From Octopus sinensis (lineage: Eukaryota): a DNA stretch of 64,000 nucleotides. The stretch is from the NCBI RefSeq assembly GCF_006345805.1, contig NC_043003.1, positions 116,560,001 to 116,624,000 of the forward strand, given 5' to 3'. Each line of letters begins with the position of its first letter. Position 1 is the first letter of the stretch. The notes beneath the pieces were generated by a model, which saw only the letters and a list, made by a program, of their open reading frames with translations, ran no database searches and was not told the origin of the DNA. Below, one piece after another: positions 13,090 to 26,415 of this stretch. Both the position numbers and the translations under genes were made by a program.

Positions 13090-13325
13090 GTTAACAGTAA
13101 ACATAGGATAATTCATTCATCCATTGAAATCTGAACCGTTGGCGATTTTTTTTCCTCTGTCTTCTCTTCTCTGGATCCTTCCTTCTCTTATGTTTCCGAC
13201 GAAGAGCTCCGCTCGAAACGTTAAACCCTCCTTCCCTTCTTTCCTGAGCGTCCAATAATACTATATTTGTTCCACGTCCTCGCGTTGTATTTTTTTGTGT
13301 TTTCTTGTTTGGATTAACTATATAT
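13090..13325 (+). mobile_element. PLE-type terminal repeat fragment
   Basis: Contains a minimal HHR followed by TTTCCTGAGCG, the same layout as the other PLE termini in the window. Confidence 0.6.
13192..13226 (+). ncRNA. Minimal hammerhead ribozyme (U4C, extra A)
   Basis: GTTT-CCGACGA-A-GAGC-TCC-GCTC-GAA-ACGT-T-AAAC. Confidence 0.65.
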
Positions 13326-13328
13326 TTA

Positions 13329-14092
13329 TCCCCCTCCTCCTCCCCTTCCTTCTCCCCATCCTCTCTCTCCCCCCTCCTCTCCTCCCCCTCCCCACCCCTC
13401 CTCTCCTCTTCCCTCCTCTCCTCCCCCTCTTCTCCCCCTCCCCCTCTTCTCCTCACTACACCACACAACTTTACACATCACATCATACATGATGTGCCAT
13501 ACTAATACATACACCAACCCTATACATACACAGGTCCAGACCCCTCATACGCACTTATACTCTCTCATACACACACACACACACTTATACATACTAATAC
13601 GTACTAATACATACTAATACATACTAATACATACACCAACCCCATACATACGCACGTCCAGACCTATCCTACGCACTAATACTCTCTCATACACACACAC
13701 ACACACACACCCTTATACATACTAATACATACTAATACATACACAAACCCTATACATACACACGTCCAGACCTCTCCTACGCACTAATAGCTGGTCATTC
13801 AACCCTATTATCAACCCTATTATCTCCCCTTATTTCGCTCTCGCGTCTCATGTTTGATCTTTGACCTCTGGCCGAAATCAGATCGCCATGTTGATTCGTT
13901 AGTTACTGTACGCATTTTTTTTCTCTCCTTCTTTCTGTGTTTTTTTTCTCTCTGTGTATCTTTGTGTTGAAGAGCGTAGGCTCGAAACGTTAAAGACTTG
14001 TTTTATTTATATTTCCTGAGCGCCATACTAATACAATTGTTTGTTTGTTTTCCGCCTGCCTTCGTCTTTTGTCTATTTTCATAAAGCTTCCC
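13329..14092 (+). mobile_element. 3' part (C-rich tract, minisatellite, terminal repeat) of the Neptune-type PLE
   Basis: The terminal ~310 bp is identical, apart from homopolymer lengths, to the reverse complement of 22126-22440. Confidence 0.9.
13959..13996 (+). ncRNA. Minimal HHR-like motif with deviant core
   Basis: TCTTT-GTGTTGAA-GAGC-GTAG-GCTC-GAA-ACGT-T-AAAGA. Confidence 0.5.
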
Positions 14093-14112
14093 GTTATATA
14101 TATATATATATA

Positions 14113-14630
14113 TTGTTGAAATTTACAGAAAGCAAAATACGAAGACAGGAGTATGAAAAACAAGCATTAGTTTGACACTCGGAAAGGTGAAAGTATTTTA
14201 CGTTTCGAGCCTACGCTCTTTAACTGAGAGGGAAAAGAAAAACTTTTGGAGTTAGCGGTCAATCATGGCGACTGGTTGAACAAAGGAAGTCAGACAGGTG
14301 AGCTAGGAAGAAGGGGAGATAATAGAGTGCTGGTGATCCCAAAATGCAGGTGCGCGTACGTGTGTGTATGCGAGAGTGTGTAAGTGTGTGCGTGTGGATA
14401 TGGGCTGATGACTTTGAAGTGTGGACGTGAGCGTGTGTGTGCGTCTGTAGTGTGTGGGTGTGTGGGTGTGTGGGTGCTGGGAAGGGATCAGTGCTAGTGT
14501 GCGGTGTGGTGTGGGGTGGTGTGATGTGGTGTGGTGGTGTTTAGTGTAGTGTGGCGGTGTTGGGTGTGGGGATCTAAGGGTGGGGTGTGGTTTGGGGGTG
14601 ACGATGTGGGAGTGAGATGAGATTATATAT
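14113..14630 (-). mobile_element. 3' end of a related PLE subfamily, tail-to-tail with 13329-14092 across (TA)n
   Basis: Minus strand GAGCGTAGGCTCGAAACGTAAAATAC at about 14195-14220; AAGGGGAGATAATAG is shared with the 22.4 kb copy; GT-rich tract. Confidence 0.6.
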
Positions 14631-16786
14631 GCGTGTGTGTATGTATGTATATATACTCATATGTTGATAGAAAGATAGATAGATAGAAAGAGGTACATAT
14701 GAAATATATGTGTATATATGTGTATGAGTACATATATATATATATATGTATGTATGTATGTATATATGTATATATGTACGTATGTATGTATGTATGTATG
14801 TATGTATGTATGTATGTATGTATGTATGTATATAGTGAAATATTGATAATTGATATTTCGAAAAAAGAAATTCAATAATTCCAAAAGAAAAGATCGTTGA
14901 CTGTCTTTTGTCTTTGTGGAGAAAAATAATGTAACATGATATTAAGAAAAGATGAATAATCGAATGAACTGATGTTAATTAATGCTAGCATAATTAGAAG
15001 AAATATATGTATAATAGAGAAAGAAAATTATCGGTAAGAAGATTAGAAGCATAGAGAACAAAAAATACAGTGATATATTGATAGCCATGTGGTTGATAAG
15101 AAAAGTATTAGGAGAGTTTTTTTGGAGTAAACGTATTTCCTTTTAGTTTATTTTCTCTTTTCACCTTTCTTGGCTTATTCAGCTTTTTCCTTCATCGTTA
15201 TTATTTTTCCTTCGCTTCATTTTCTAACAAATTCGTGCAAGGCAAAGCCATGAATAAAATTTTTTGCAGTATTTACTTATGAATTATTCCTCTCCGTGTT
15301 CTGTTTTCAAATCTGCCCGTGTTCAACTTTGTCTTTCCCGCTTCCAGGGGCAATAAAATTAAGAGCTAATTAATAAAGTTAAGTACTATCAATTAATTAT
15401 ATTTTACTCAACTGTTTTCACCACCACCGTTATACAAAAATTGAGATGTCCTTGTGTTAAAAATTATAATTATGATATCTATTTACATATAATCTCCTAA
15501 CAGGTATCTTTTATAGTACCACACTCACTCTCTTTAGATTCAGGTGTACACATTATTACAAATATTTTACTATTAATGTTGTTGAATTTCAATATAAATG
15601 TGAAAGTCTTACGCAATATATAAGCCGTAACTTACAATACTACATTTTTCACTCGATGTAGAAATAAATTTAATCACGATAATAATATTGCACTTCGGTA
15701 ATTCTTAAGTTGTTCTTAAATTAATTTCTATTTTTATATTAGTTCTAGAATATCTACAATTGCATTGTGTATTTGTACTTTCGCGTGAACAATATTTGTG
15801 TCTATGTTGTTATGCTACAATAGCTTATTGTACTCCTGTGCAGGAATGATTTCAGATGTTTATCTCTCTGGTAACGTGACCAATCGAGTGGATCTGGGAT
15901 CTCCTTCTGCCAACGAATATACAAAGTTATCTCATTTAGAAAATTACTATTTGTAAATCTCACAAGGAGAGATATTTAGCAACAGTACTTTGGAGTTAAG
16001 ATTAGTTGCCAACATAAATTAGTAATTTTCTAATTTATAAATCAGTGACTAGTTGTCACTTTGAAAACTAAGTGTCACTTTGAAAGCTAAGTGGGGGTGC
16101 TAGATTCCCTTGTTCGAAAATATAAGGACACAGATCGTGTCGTATAGCCAGCTGGAGACGATATTTCCTGGGGCCAAATTATAGCAACATTCGTCCTAAA
16201 CCAGGACTGCCATGTTATGTTGGCACATAATCGTTATCCCATTTGTTTTGTGCAATTGTGTTGTCTAAATCTCTTAACATAACCAAAGTGGAGAATCCTT
16301 TTTCCTGCACCCTATTTTATTCTCATCTTTATTTTGTTGCAAACGCTATTTTTTATTCCTACAAAGTTGCTACATATACTTTTGAATAAATTAGTATTTC
16401 TAGAACAGGATCCAAATTTTGTCACCTATGTCCTACAATCCCTTCGTCTGAATGGTTGATCTTGATATATCTCAATTTCTCAGTCTTTGTTGTAGCCATA
16501 CAACTACCATATGAGATTACAAACTCAAAGATCGTATCTTCTTTGTTCTTTCTGCCGTCACCCTAACATCCAGATACTTTGCATCAAAAATATTCTCTAA
16601 AGAGACAAAGTATCCTGTCATTTTCCTTCGCAGGGGAATCTCTGGCTCGTAAGATTGTCATTTTATCATCACTACAATTTTAAAAAACTGGCAAGCAACC
16701 CAATACAGAATCTTAACAAGAAAATCAGACCTGCGTTTATATTCATTTTGGGTTAGCTCATGCCATCTCACTTCATTCGTTTAGAC

Positions 16787-16987
16787 CAGTGCTTTTCAAA
16801 CTTTTTGCTGGAGCGGAACCCCAAGGAAGCATTCCACTGGCTCGAGGAACTCCTGTGCACTAATTTAATACTCTTATGCACACATAACTGCACAGGAGAA
16901 TTAAAAATTACTACCTATTTTAGCAGTTTTGTAACTTCTTGCGGAACCCCTGGTTTGTACTGGCGGAACCCTGGTTGAAAACCACTG
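16787..16987. mobile_element. hAT (Charlie-like) MITE
   Basis: TIRs CAGTGCTTTTCAA / TTGAAAACCACTG; perfect 8-bp TSD GTTTAGAC (16779-16786, 16988-16995). Confidence 0.9.
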
Positions 16988-18359
16988 GTTTAGACGATGG
17001 TTGATATTTCCTTCCCCTTTTTTCCACATATTCTGCTTTTCTTGTATGAATGAATTTTATCACACATAATTTAATAAAAATGTTTCCAAATTGCTTCTGC
17101 TGAACGGCTAAATATTTCGTATTTATCCACCAATTTAGGAGTCTGTTTCGTAACTGTGCGCAATTGATATATATATATATATTTGTTTTGTTAAGTCAGT
17201 TTTCTTTTTAGTTAGTATAGCGACCCACGTTAATAATTTGCTTCACATTACACTTCAACCGCCTCCCACCCAGGAAAACTATTTTGAACAGGGTATGTCA
17301 AAATCGAAGCAAAGAAACGCCAATTGTAATATACAAAGAATACAAAACATGCACACCTATTAAGTCAAGGAAATAAACAACATTTCGGAGAAAAATGCCA
17401 CAGCGAACTTGTTTGAGGGCAACCACATGACAAACACCGAAACAGCAGATATTAAATGGGGACAGACCTCAGAACTAGAAAAAACTTTGTGAATCGTGTT
17501 TGTAAGTATCCCCTTTTTGTATGAATCGTTTATTCGAAAACAGAAGAAAAAATATGATCCACCTGAGTCCCCAGCAATGGAACAGGTTTCATTATATCCT
17601 CAAAGGAACAATTGAAAAGGGCTCTGAGAGATCTGTGAGGCAACATCGTGCATGTATCGTGCACCACAGATCTTAATGGACCATCAGCACGTATTTTAAG
17701 ATCACGGTTGAGAAATAAAGGTAGGCAGGATCAATAAACGAAACACTTCCGTTAACACATCTATTGTCACCGGAAACTATAGGAATCTCTAGCTTGTTTC
17801 CGTTTTGCTGGAGCAATGTGCGTAGTTTATGAGCGCAGAGCCATGAAAAAGGGACATGAGGATTTATAAAGAACTTCCAAGAATTTATGACATCTAAAAT
17901 AACTACATTTGAGATCTGATCATTATGCATCCAGAAATTAACGAGATGAGACGAGTAGCACCTTGCTTTATTGACGCCGAAAGTACGAAAGGCAGCGTGA
18001 TTTGAATTCAGAAACTAAACAGACAATGGATACCCTGAAGCATATTTTCCGGCGCTCCAACGGTTCTACCAGTCAACACCCCATTTGCTATTACTAATTA
18101 TGATAATAGCAACGATAACACAAATACAACAAATAAGTGTGAATCAGGTAAAGGAGGACAGTAAAAAAACAATACAGAAGAACGTGATGTTCTTCTTGCT
18201 GTTTAGCTATAGATGATGCGTGAGCGAGAAGACCTGCGGCGAAACTCCGTGTATGTGTGTGTGTGTGTGTGTGCGTGTGTGTGTGGTTGTGTGTGTACAT
18301 GTATAGTTGTGTCTGTGTACATATAATATATATACACACGCTCAGACATACATATACAC

Positions 18360-18361
18360 AA

Positions 18362-18419
<58 letters not shown>

Positions 18420-18453
18420 TATGTATATATATATATGTATATATGTATATATG

Positions 18454-18507
<54 letters not shown>

Positions 18508-18606
18508 CACCATCACGTGACCGTGATATATATATACATATATATACATATATATATACATATACATATATACATATATACACACATATATATATATGTA
18601 TATATG

Positions 18607-18637
<31 letters not shown>

Positions 18638-18672
18638 GTATATATATGTATATATATATATATATATGTATA

Positions 18673-18730
<58 letters not shown>
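18360..18730. repeat. (TA)n-rich microsatellite array
   Basis: Direct tandem repeat. Confidence 0.95.
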
Positions 18731-20286
18731 CATAGTACATGGAATGCATTATGATATTTAATTGACCCATTACCAATAATCTATCGGTATCGACTCAATT
18801 TAACCCATTAACGTCAGTTAATCAAAAAGTTATCCCTATTGTATCCGAGTCGATCCTATTGACTGTAAGCCTTAATATAAAATACATCCTTAATCAATGC
18901 ATAGTTCTATGTAACACGGCTTCATTGAAAGTATTTACGTTAGATTCTTTCATTTTCCATTTCAATTACGAAGAAATCAATAATAGAACTGTTTGTTTTT
19001 CAAAACTATTGAGCAAGCATAAAAGTTACCCGGCATAAGTCTTAGAACTATGTCTGACATCCGTAACTTTCTTTTCACTTCGTTGTATTTTCACTCCACA
19101 CTGAAGGGAAACTCTTTCCCACTTTCCACTTCAGTTTCGCAGGTCCATCGTGATTTCAATATTATTAAAATTGCAGTCATTGACTTCGTCAATTTCTCAT
19201 ACATACATGCCACTATAAAAATAAAATAAAACAAGAATATCTATAATTTCGATGATAATCATTAATATTGAGAGTTTTCAGGAAATATACCGTCGATTAT
19301 TTCGTAAAATAAGCTTCGAAAAGTTAAGGAAGAAACATGACCTGGGTGACCAAATTTTAATTTTAAATTTTCTTTTGCCGTGTTACATAAGAAAATAAAA
19401 CACATATTTCGCCATGTAGCATAATTTTTTTTTCTACAGACCACTGTTTGTCCACCGAGAGCACGCTGTGTTTTTCTCCTCTATATAAATCTAGCATTCA
19501 ATTTTTTTTATCTCCAAAAGGATAACATGCAAAACTTCATCACTGACGATTAACGTGATGCGTGGTATAGAATGGAATGGAACTAAATCCTGTGGCTTCG
19601 CTCAAAGATTCGGGAATCAGCAGATAATTCTCTATTAAACATTTCAATGTATTTCATTTCTGTACCTTAATCGCGTTTATTTAATGAATGTGCCAGAAGT
19701 CCTTATAGAAAATTAGGTAAAGATAATTATATGCTCATAAAGTATAACAACATCTAAATCGGATTATAATATTCGTTAAAGACTTTGTATTATTTACTGA
19801 GGAAAATTGTTCTTCTATCGGAAGGTACTTGGCACTTGCATCCTGAGATAATATTCAACAGAAGCTTAATCTGGATGTGACTTTCTGCTATATCTGACGA
19901 ATAATGAAGGGCAATCACAGAAATATATATTTATTGGTGTAAAAATGTAATCATGAAAAATTAAATGATAATTTCATACTATTAACATACTAAGTTTTAG
20001 AAAAAAAAATTGTTAAAGCACATCACTTTTATTTGTGACAATCAGGCACCATTTTAGTATATAGCATTATTTATTTTAGAGAAACTGTTATTCGAAAATA
20101 TTCATGTTTTAATAGATTGAAAGCATAATGAGAGTAATGCTGTTAATAGTGTGTGTGTGTGTGTGTATGTGTGTGTGTTTCTTTTATTTACTTTCGTACG
20201 TTACAGGTTACTGTATGATAAACAGTCAGGATTTCTAAAGAGATTACTCGGTGTGGATTGATTAGATGAGAAACTGATATATATAT

Positions 20287-20382
<96 letters not shown>

Positions 20383-21132
20383 GGACTTGTATGTTCTGCT
20401 TCTTTTCCAATTAGCAAAGTATTATTGTTTTACTGATATCTGATTCCACCATGAATACACATTTTTGTTATTTCAAAATATTGTGTTTATCTAGATTTTT
20501 GCAATCATTTTATTTTTGTGAGTTAATCAAATGCACTTTCACTAGAAAATTAAATTAATTTGCGCAGCAAAGAATAAATAAATACATTAGGATATAAATA
20601 TAAGTATATAAAGGAAAGTACACAGTGAAAAATTAAAATGAGATAACGAAATTATTACCTATTATATTTCAATTCATCTGAATTTATAGTGATTTCTTTC
20701 TTCTTTTACATAAAAATCCAAACCTAATTAGACTCGAAGTTATTTGAAATGGTTTTTAAGACGTAGAGAAGCGGTCGGTGGTGCGGATAACGCACTATTC
20801 TACTAGAAAAATGTTTAAAAAATAATAATTACAAATAAAAATATCGATTCTTCAGAATCTGCCTCCAGATAAATTACGTATAATTTTGTTTTCTTTTCCT
20901 CAGACTTAATAATTAGTTGTCTCTAGAATTGGTTAGCAGTGGAAATACGCTTTAAATATAGAATATATATTGTTCGAATCATGTTTTTTTTATATTATTA
21001 AATTGAATAGCAGCATCTATTCCAATTTATATATTGACATACGAAATACACCATTTTTTCCTTTTAGTATTTAAGATGAGCTGTAATTAAAACTTCTTAA
21101 CATTTCTTCAACATTTTCTCTTTCTTTCAATC

Positions 21133-21230
21133 TTCTTCTTCTTCTTCTTCTTCTTCTTCTTCTTCTTCTTCTTCTTCTTCTTCTTCTTCTTCTTCTTCTT
21201 CTTCTTCTTCTTCTTCTTCTCTTCTTCTTC
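21133..21230. repeat. (CTT)n microsatellite
   Basis: Direct tandem repeat. Confidence 0.95.
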
Positions 21231-21630
21231 TTTTCTACATTCCCTTCTTTTTCTAACATAAATTTCTCTTTCTCCATCTACCTCATCATTACTAGTTTTT
21301 TTTTCTTCATAATATTGTCATTATTATCATTACCATAATGGAAATGCTAATTAAGCCTTATTAAAGTGAAGGAGAAGGACAATCTCTATAGTGGAAGACT
21401 AAATAATACAAATTAATTAGCTGCTCGTCAAACAATATTGTGAGAGGCAGATCTGGATTTCATGATTCTATGGTCGATAAATTAACTACCAGTTTAGTTA
21501 CTATCCTCAATTCAATCGTATATAATGCTCGGCAAACAAATGTGGCAATATGCCACACTTTGTAATCATTGTTTTAATTAGTGCTGGGAAGTGGCAGAAC
21601 TGCTGATGGCCAGAAATACAAGATCGTATT

Positions 21631-21681
<51 letters not shown>

Positions 21682-22221
21682 TATATATAATATATATATG
21701 TATGTATGTATATATATATGTATATATATATATATTATATATATATGTATGTATGAATTTATAAATAAGGATAATATAGATATTTAAATATCGATCATAT
21801 CAAGTGGCTAGCATGGGAATAAATACCATACAAAGGTAATAATTATTTAAAACTATAAATTAGGGTATCTCAGAGATACCACCATGCTGAAATAGCAGTC
21901 AAAACTCTGACCCTAAGGCCACAGCGCTAGGAGAGAAGACAAAGAAAGAGACAAAATATACTAGCAAAAAAATTTTTCTGGATAATTCAAGATCCTGGAT
22001 TTCTGGCTTTGCATGAGAAGCTATGCAGTCTTGAATTGAATATACCAGATTAGCACATAAATACATATATAATATATATATATATTTATATTAATATATA
22101 TATATATATATATATAATATATATAGGGGGAAGCTTTATGAAATAGACAAAAGACGAAGGCAGGCGGAAAACAAACAAACAATTGTATTAGTATGGCGCT
22201 CAGGAATATAAATAAAACAAG

Positions 22222-22259
22222 TCTTTAACGTTTCGAGCCTACGCTCTTCAACACAAAGA
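22222..22259 (-). ncRNA. Minimal HHR-like motif identical to 13959-13996
   Basis: Reverse complement TCTTT-GTGTTGAA-GAGCGTAGGCTC-GAAACGTT-AAAGA. Confidence 0.5.
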
Positions 22260-23135
22260 TACACAGAGAGAAAAAAAACACAGAAAGAAGGAGAGAAAAA
22301 AAATGCGTACAGTAACTAACGAATCAACATGGCGATCTGATTTCGGCCAGAGGTCAAAGATCAAACATGAGACGCGAGAGCGAAATAAGGGGAGATAATA
22401 GGGTTGATAATAGGGTTGAATGACCAGCTATTAGTGCGTATGTATAGGGTTGGTGTATGTATTAGTATGTATAAGGGTGTGTGTGTGTGTGTGTGTGTGT
22501 ATGAGAGAGTATTAGTGCGTAGGATAGGTCTGGACGTGCGTATGTATGGGGTTGGTGTATGTATTAGTATGTATTAGTATGTATTAGTACGTATTAGTAT
22601 GTATAAGTGTGTGTGTGTGTGTGTGTGAGAGTATAAGTGCGTATGAGGGGTCTGGACGTGTGTATGTATAGGGTTGGTGTATGTATAGTATGTATTAGTA
22701 TGTATTAGTACGTATTAGTATGTATTAGTTGGTGTACGTATTAGTATGGCACATCATATATGATGTGATGTGTAAAGTCGTGGTGGGGGAGTGAGGAGAA
22801 GAGGGGGAGGGGGAGAGGGGGGAAGAAGAGGGGGAGGGGGAGAGGAGGGGGAGAGGGGGAAGAGGAGGGGAGGGGAGAAGAAAGGGGAGGAGGAGGGGGA
22901 GGAAGGAGGAAAGAGGGAGAGGGGGAGAGAGAAGGGGAGTGAGGGAGCAGAGGGAAGGGGAAGAGGGGAGGAGGGAGGGAGAGAGAGAGGAAGAAGGGAA
23001 GGGGAGTAGGGGTGAAGGATGAAGGACTGAAGAAGTAGGGGTCGGGGGAAGGATAGGTGAAGAGGGGGGAGAGGGGGGTTAGATGAGGAGGGGGGAGACT
23101 TGAGACCAAATGCGTATAAGAGCGAAGAGAGAAGA

Positions 23136-24900
23136 TTAATTCCTGTTCACGGCGCAAACGGGAATCCGGATGCCTCTGTGTAAGGACAAACCGAACACAG
23201 ATAGGTGTTGCAAGGAGTGACCGGTGGAGCGGAAATGGCGTGAGACCGGTGTGTCGTTCGCAAGGTGGATGTCACGAAGGTGTTCCGCGAACCGGTCAGC
23301 CAAGCGGCGTCCCGTTTGTCCGATGTACAAGGAATGGCAGAGAGAGCAAGAGACGCAATAGATAATATTGCTGAGGTGCAGGTGAAGGAGTGGATGATGG
23401 GATAGGGTCGATGGTGGGTGCTAGTGAGGAGGGTGGTGTTGGAGAGGTAAGGGCAAGTGCGGCAACGTGGGCGGGAGCAGGGGAACGAGCCGGGTTGGGA
23501 GGTAGGGTCAGGGATGGAGCTATGGACCAAAAGGTCTCGAAGGTTGTGGGCTCGTTTGAAAGAGGGGAGGGGTCGGTTAGGGAAGAGGTGTTGAATGGAC
23601 GGGCGGACTGGAGATGACGGAAAGCTCGAAGAATGGTGCGTTGGAGACGTAGGGTCGTGGAGTGGTAAGTGAGGAAAAGGGAGGCGGGAGACTACAGGGC
23701 GGGTTCGGGGAGAGAGAGCAGATACACGGTCCCACGGACGTGCTCTGGCAAGGGCGGTGTGGATAGTGGTGAGGGGGTATCCACGTAGGGTGAAGTGGTG
23801 AGCCATGGTCGTCACTACAGAGCCTACGTAGACGGAGGAATTGGGAATAGGGGATGGAAAGCTGGGTGTGTTCTGGGTGGGAGGAAGAGAAGTTGAGGTA
23901 TGAGTGTGTCTGTGTGTTTGTAGTGAATGGAGGTGGTAAGAGTGGAGTGAAGAATGCTAACCGAAATGTCGAGGAAGGAGACAGAGGTGTTGGAGAAGTG
24001 AAGTGGAGGGCTGGATGGAAAGATTGGACGAAAGAGAGGAAGGAATCTAGATGTTCACGGGAGAGTGAGGTGGCACCGATAATGTCGTCAATGTAACGAC
24101 CATATAGTTCAGGAGTGGGACCAGTGAAATTAGAGAATATTTGGGCCTCAACATAGCCAACGAACAGGTTCGCATAGTTGGGGCCCATTCGCGTTCCCAT
24201 GGCCACTCCCCCTGATACCTGAGGTAGAACTCGCCCGCGAACGAGAAGCAGTTCAGAGTAAGGACAAGTTCGGCCAGACGATGAGTGTGGAGGTGTCAGG
24301 TACAGGGTTAGAGCGGAGGTCAAGAAAGTGTCGAAGGGCCTGCAGTCCTTCGTGGTGAGGATAACAGTATAGAGGCTTTGGATGTCCATAGGAAAAAGGA
24401 TTTTGGAGGAGCGGGAGGAAAGGAAAAGAGTTGAAAAGCCGGAGAGCATGGTTGGTATCGTGGATGTGGGAGGGAAGAGATGCCACTAGGGGGGCAAGGA
24501 CACGGTCGAGGTATTTAGAGATGAGCTCCGTGGGGCAGTTACAGGCGGAGACGATGGGGCGGCCAGGGTTTTGGGTTTGTGGATTTGGGGGAGGAAGTAA
24601 ATGGTGGGGGTACGTGGGGTTCGCACAATTAGGTTGGATGCGGTGCGGGGGAGACCGGGAGGACGAGATGAGGTCTTGGACAGTAGAGGATACCGTCTGT
24701 TGGTAGCTACGTGTGGGGTTAGAGGGCAGAGGGGAATAGAAGGAGGTGTCATTGAGTTGGCGGAAAGCCTCGGCCCTATAGAGGTCCGCGCGCCACACCA
24801 CTACAGCTCCACCCTTGTCAGCCGGTTTGATGATAATGGCAGCGCGCCGTTGGAGGGAACGAAGAGCCAAGAGCTCAGCCGGGGAGATGTTGAGGCAGCG
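23136..24900 (-). pseudogene. PLE reverse transcriptase / GIY-YIG endonuclease ORF, frameshifted in this sequence
   Basis: IIIKPADKGGAVVVW, NPGRPIVS, GVAMGTRMGPNYANLF, RYIDD, HSYLNFSSSHP, Cys linker CSRPRCRTC (Neptune-type), YIGQTGRRLADRFAEH, spread over at least 4 frames. Confidence 0.92.
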
Positions 24901-24994
24901 TTAGCGCCTGGAGAAGTTTAACCGCTCCAATGCACGCTGACAAGCGCCCGCGAAAAGATCCACTGCTAGGATCTGGCCAGGGGCAGGCGTCCAC

Positions 24995-25178
24995 GGGGAT
25001 GGTCGGCCACCTAACTCCCCAGACTGCAACCCGCTTGATTATTATGTATGAGGTGCAGTTGAGTAAGAGACCAATAAAACTCCTTGATGAACTGAAGGCG
25101 AGAATTATGGCAGCATACACCAACTTAAACACGAAGACAATCCAAAAGCGTTGCAGGAGTTTCGGAAGTCGTCTGTAA
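24995..25178 (+). mobile_element. Tc1/mariner (DD37D-type) transposase C-terminal fragment
   Basis: PPNSPDCNPLDYY...ELKARIMAAYTNLN, homologous to 33150-33340. Confidence 0.8.
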
Positions 25179-25271
25179 TAACAAGTATATATATATATAT
25201 TTAAATATTCTTTTATTTGTTTCAGTCATTTGACTGCGGTAATGCTCGGGCACCGCCTTTTATATATGTAA

Positions 25272-25302
<31 letters not shown>

Positions 25303-25332
25303 CTATATATATATATATATATTATATATATA

Positions 25333-25392
<60 letters not shown>

Positions 25393-25411
25393 ATATATAT
25401 ATATATATATA

Positions 25412-25585
25412 GGGAGAGTTTACGAAAAAAAACAAAGACGAAGACAGGTGGTGTATAAAACAAACAGATGTATTAGTATAACGCTCAGGAATAGAAAAAG
25501 TATTTTAAGTTTCGAGCCTAAGCTCTTCTACAGAAAGGGACACAGATAAAAAAAAAGGAGAGAAAAAAATGTGTGTAGTGGCTAC
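25412..25585 (-). mobile_element. Short non-autonomous PLE-type terminus with HHR-like motif
   Basis: Minus strand CTTT-CTGTAGAA-GAGCTTAGGCTC-GAAACTTA; ends TAAACTCTCCC|(TA)n; homologous to 35385-35590. Confidence 0.7.
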
Positions 25586-26378
25586 CGATCTATATATATA
25601 TATATATATATATATCTCCAAAATTAAGGAGTCTTTTGCGAGTCGACATGAGTCCTTTAATAACAATGTTAACTCCCTTTGATTAAGATATATTTCGCCT
25701 GAAGAGTTGCTTGCAGTTTGCACCAAGTTTTGATAAAACTGCTTCGGATGTTGCGCTAGCTATGAAACACGTGTAGCCTGGATATTAAACGTATTTACTC
25801 ATTATCTGTATGTTGGCGGCTGGATCGTCAAAGTGGCCTTGAACTTGAGAGACCTATTAGAATAATCAATGCCGGTATTTGTGTTATGTCCGTATGTATA
25901 TTTGTATGTATGTATATGAGTGTATGTATGTATGTATGCATTTATGCGTGTGTGTATGCGGTTGAATATAGAGACACTCATAGAAGGACAGGCAGACACA
26001 CACGCATATATTTAAATATGCGTGTGTATATTTATAAAGATCGTTAAACTCGAAGTGAGCTAGAATCCGTCAGAGAAGTCAAGAATGAATTATCACTATT
26101 TGTGAGAACACCAACTCTGCATTCTTTTACCTTAAAGACCAAATCTGTTCCAGACGAGGTTCTGGGTGAATCTTATAGAATACATTCATCAAAGCCACTG
26201 TCACAGGCGGTCGCAAATTCTTCAGTCTTACATCTTACTGCATTACTTGTTCTTTGAGGATTGCAGCAAATTTGCATTCCGCTAAGAGAGACTCTTAAAA
26301 AATTGCATTTAGAAGCGTCACCCCTAGAATATCTAGCATGGGCAGCATACAACACACACACACACACACACACACACC

Positions 26379-26415
<37 letters not shown>

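Larger units (their letters stand above)
22126..24920 (-). mobile_element. Penelope-like retroelement, Neptune-type, 5'-truncated
   Basis: RT and GIY-YIG ORF pieces followed by a pyrimidine tract, minisatellite and HHR-bearing terminus ending ...AAGCTTCCCCC against (TA)n. Confidence 0.95.

Noticed and set aside
15843-15950. TGCAG|GAATGATTTCAG possible exon (MISDVYLSGNVTNRVDLGSPSANEYTK...)
   Set aside because: Weak donor, early stop, no homology recognised.
16430-16700. Minus-strand GDGRKNKEDTIFEFVISYG, vaguely like an RTE endonuclease
   Set aside because: Too degenerate to support without an HMM search.
26046-26265. About 70 open codons ending in a hydrophobic tail (GPI-signal-like)
   Set aside because: No start codon, only a mediocre acceptor, no homology; within chance expectation.
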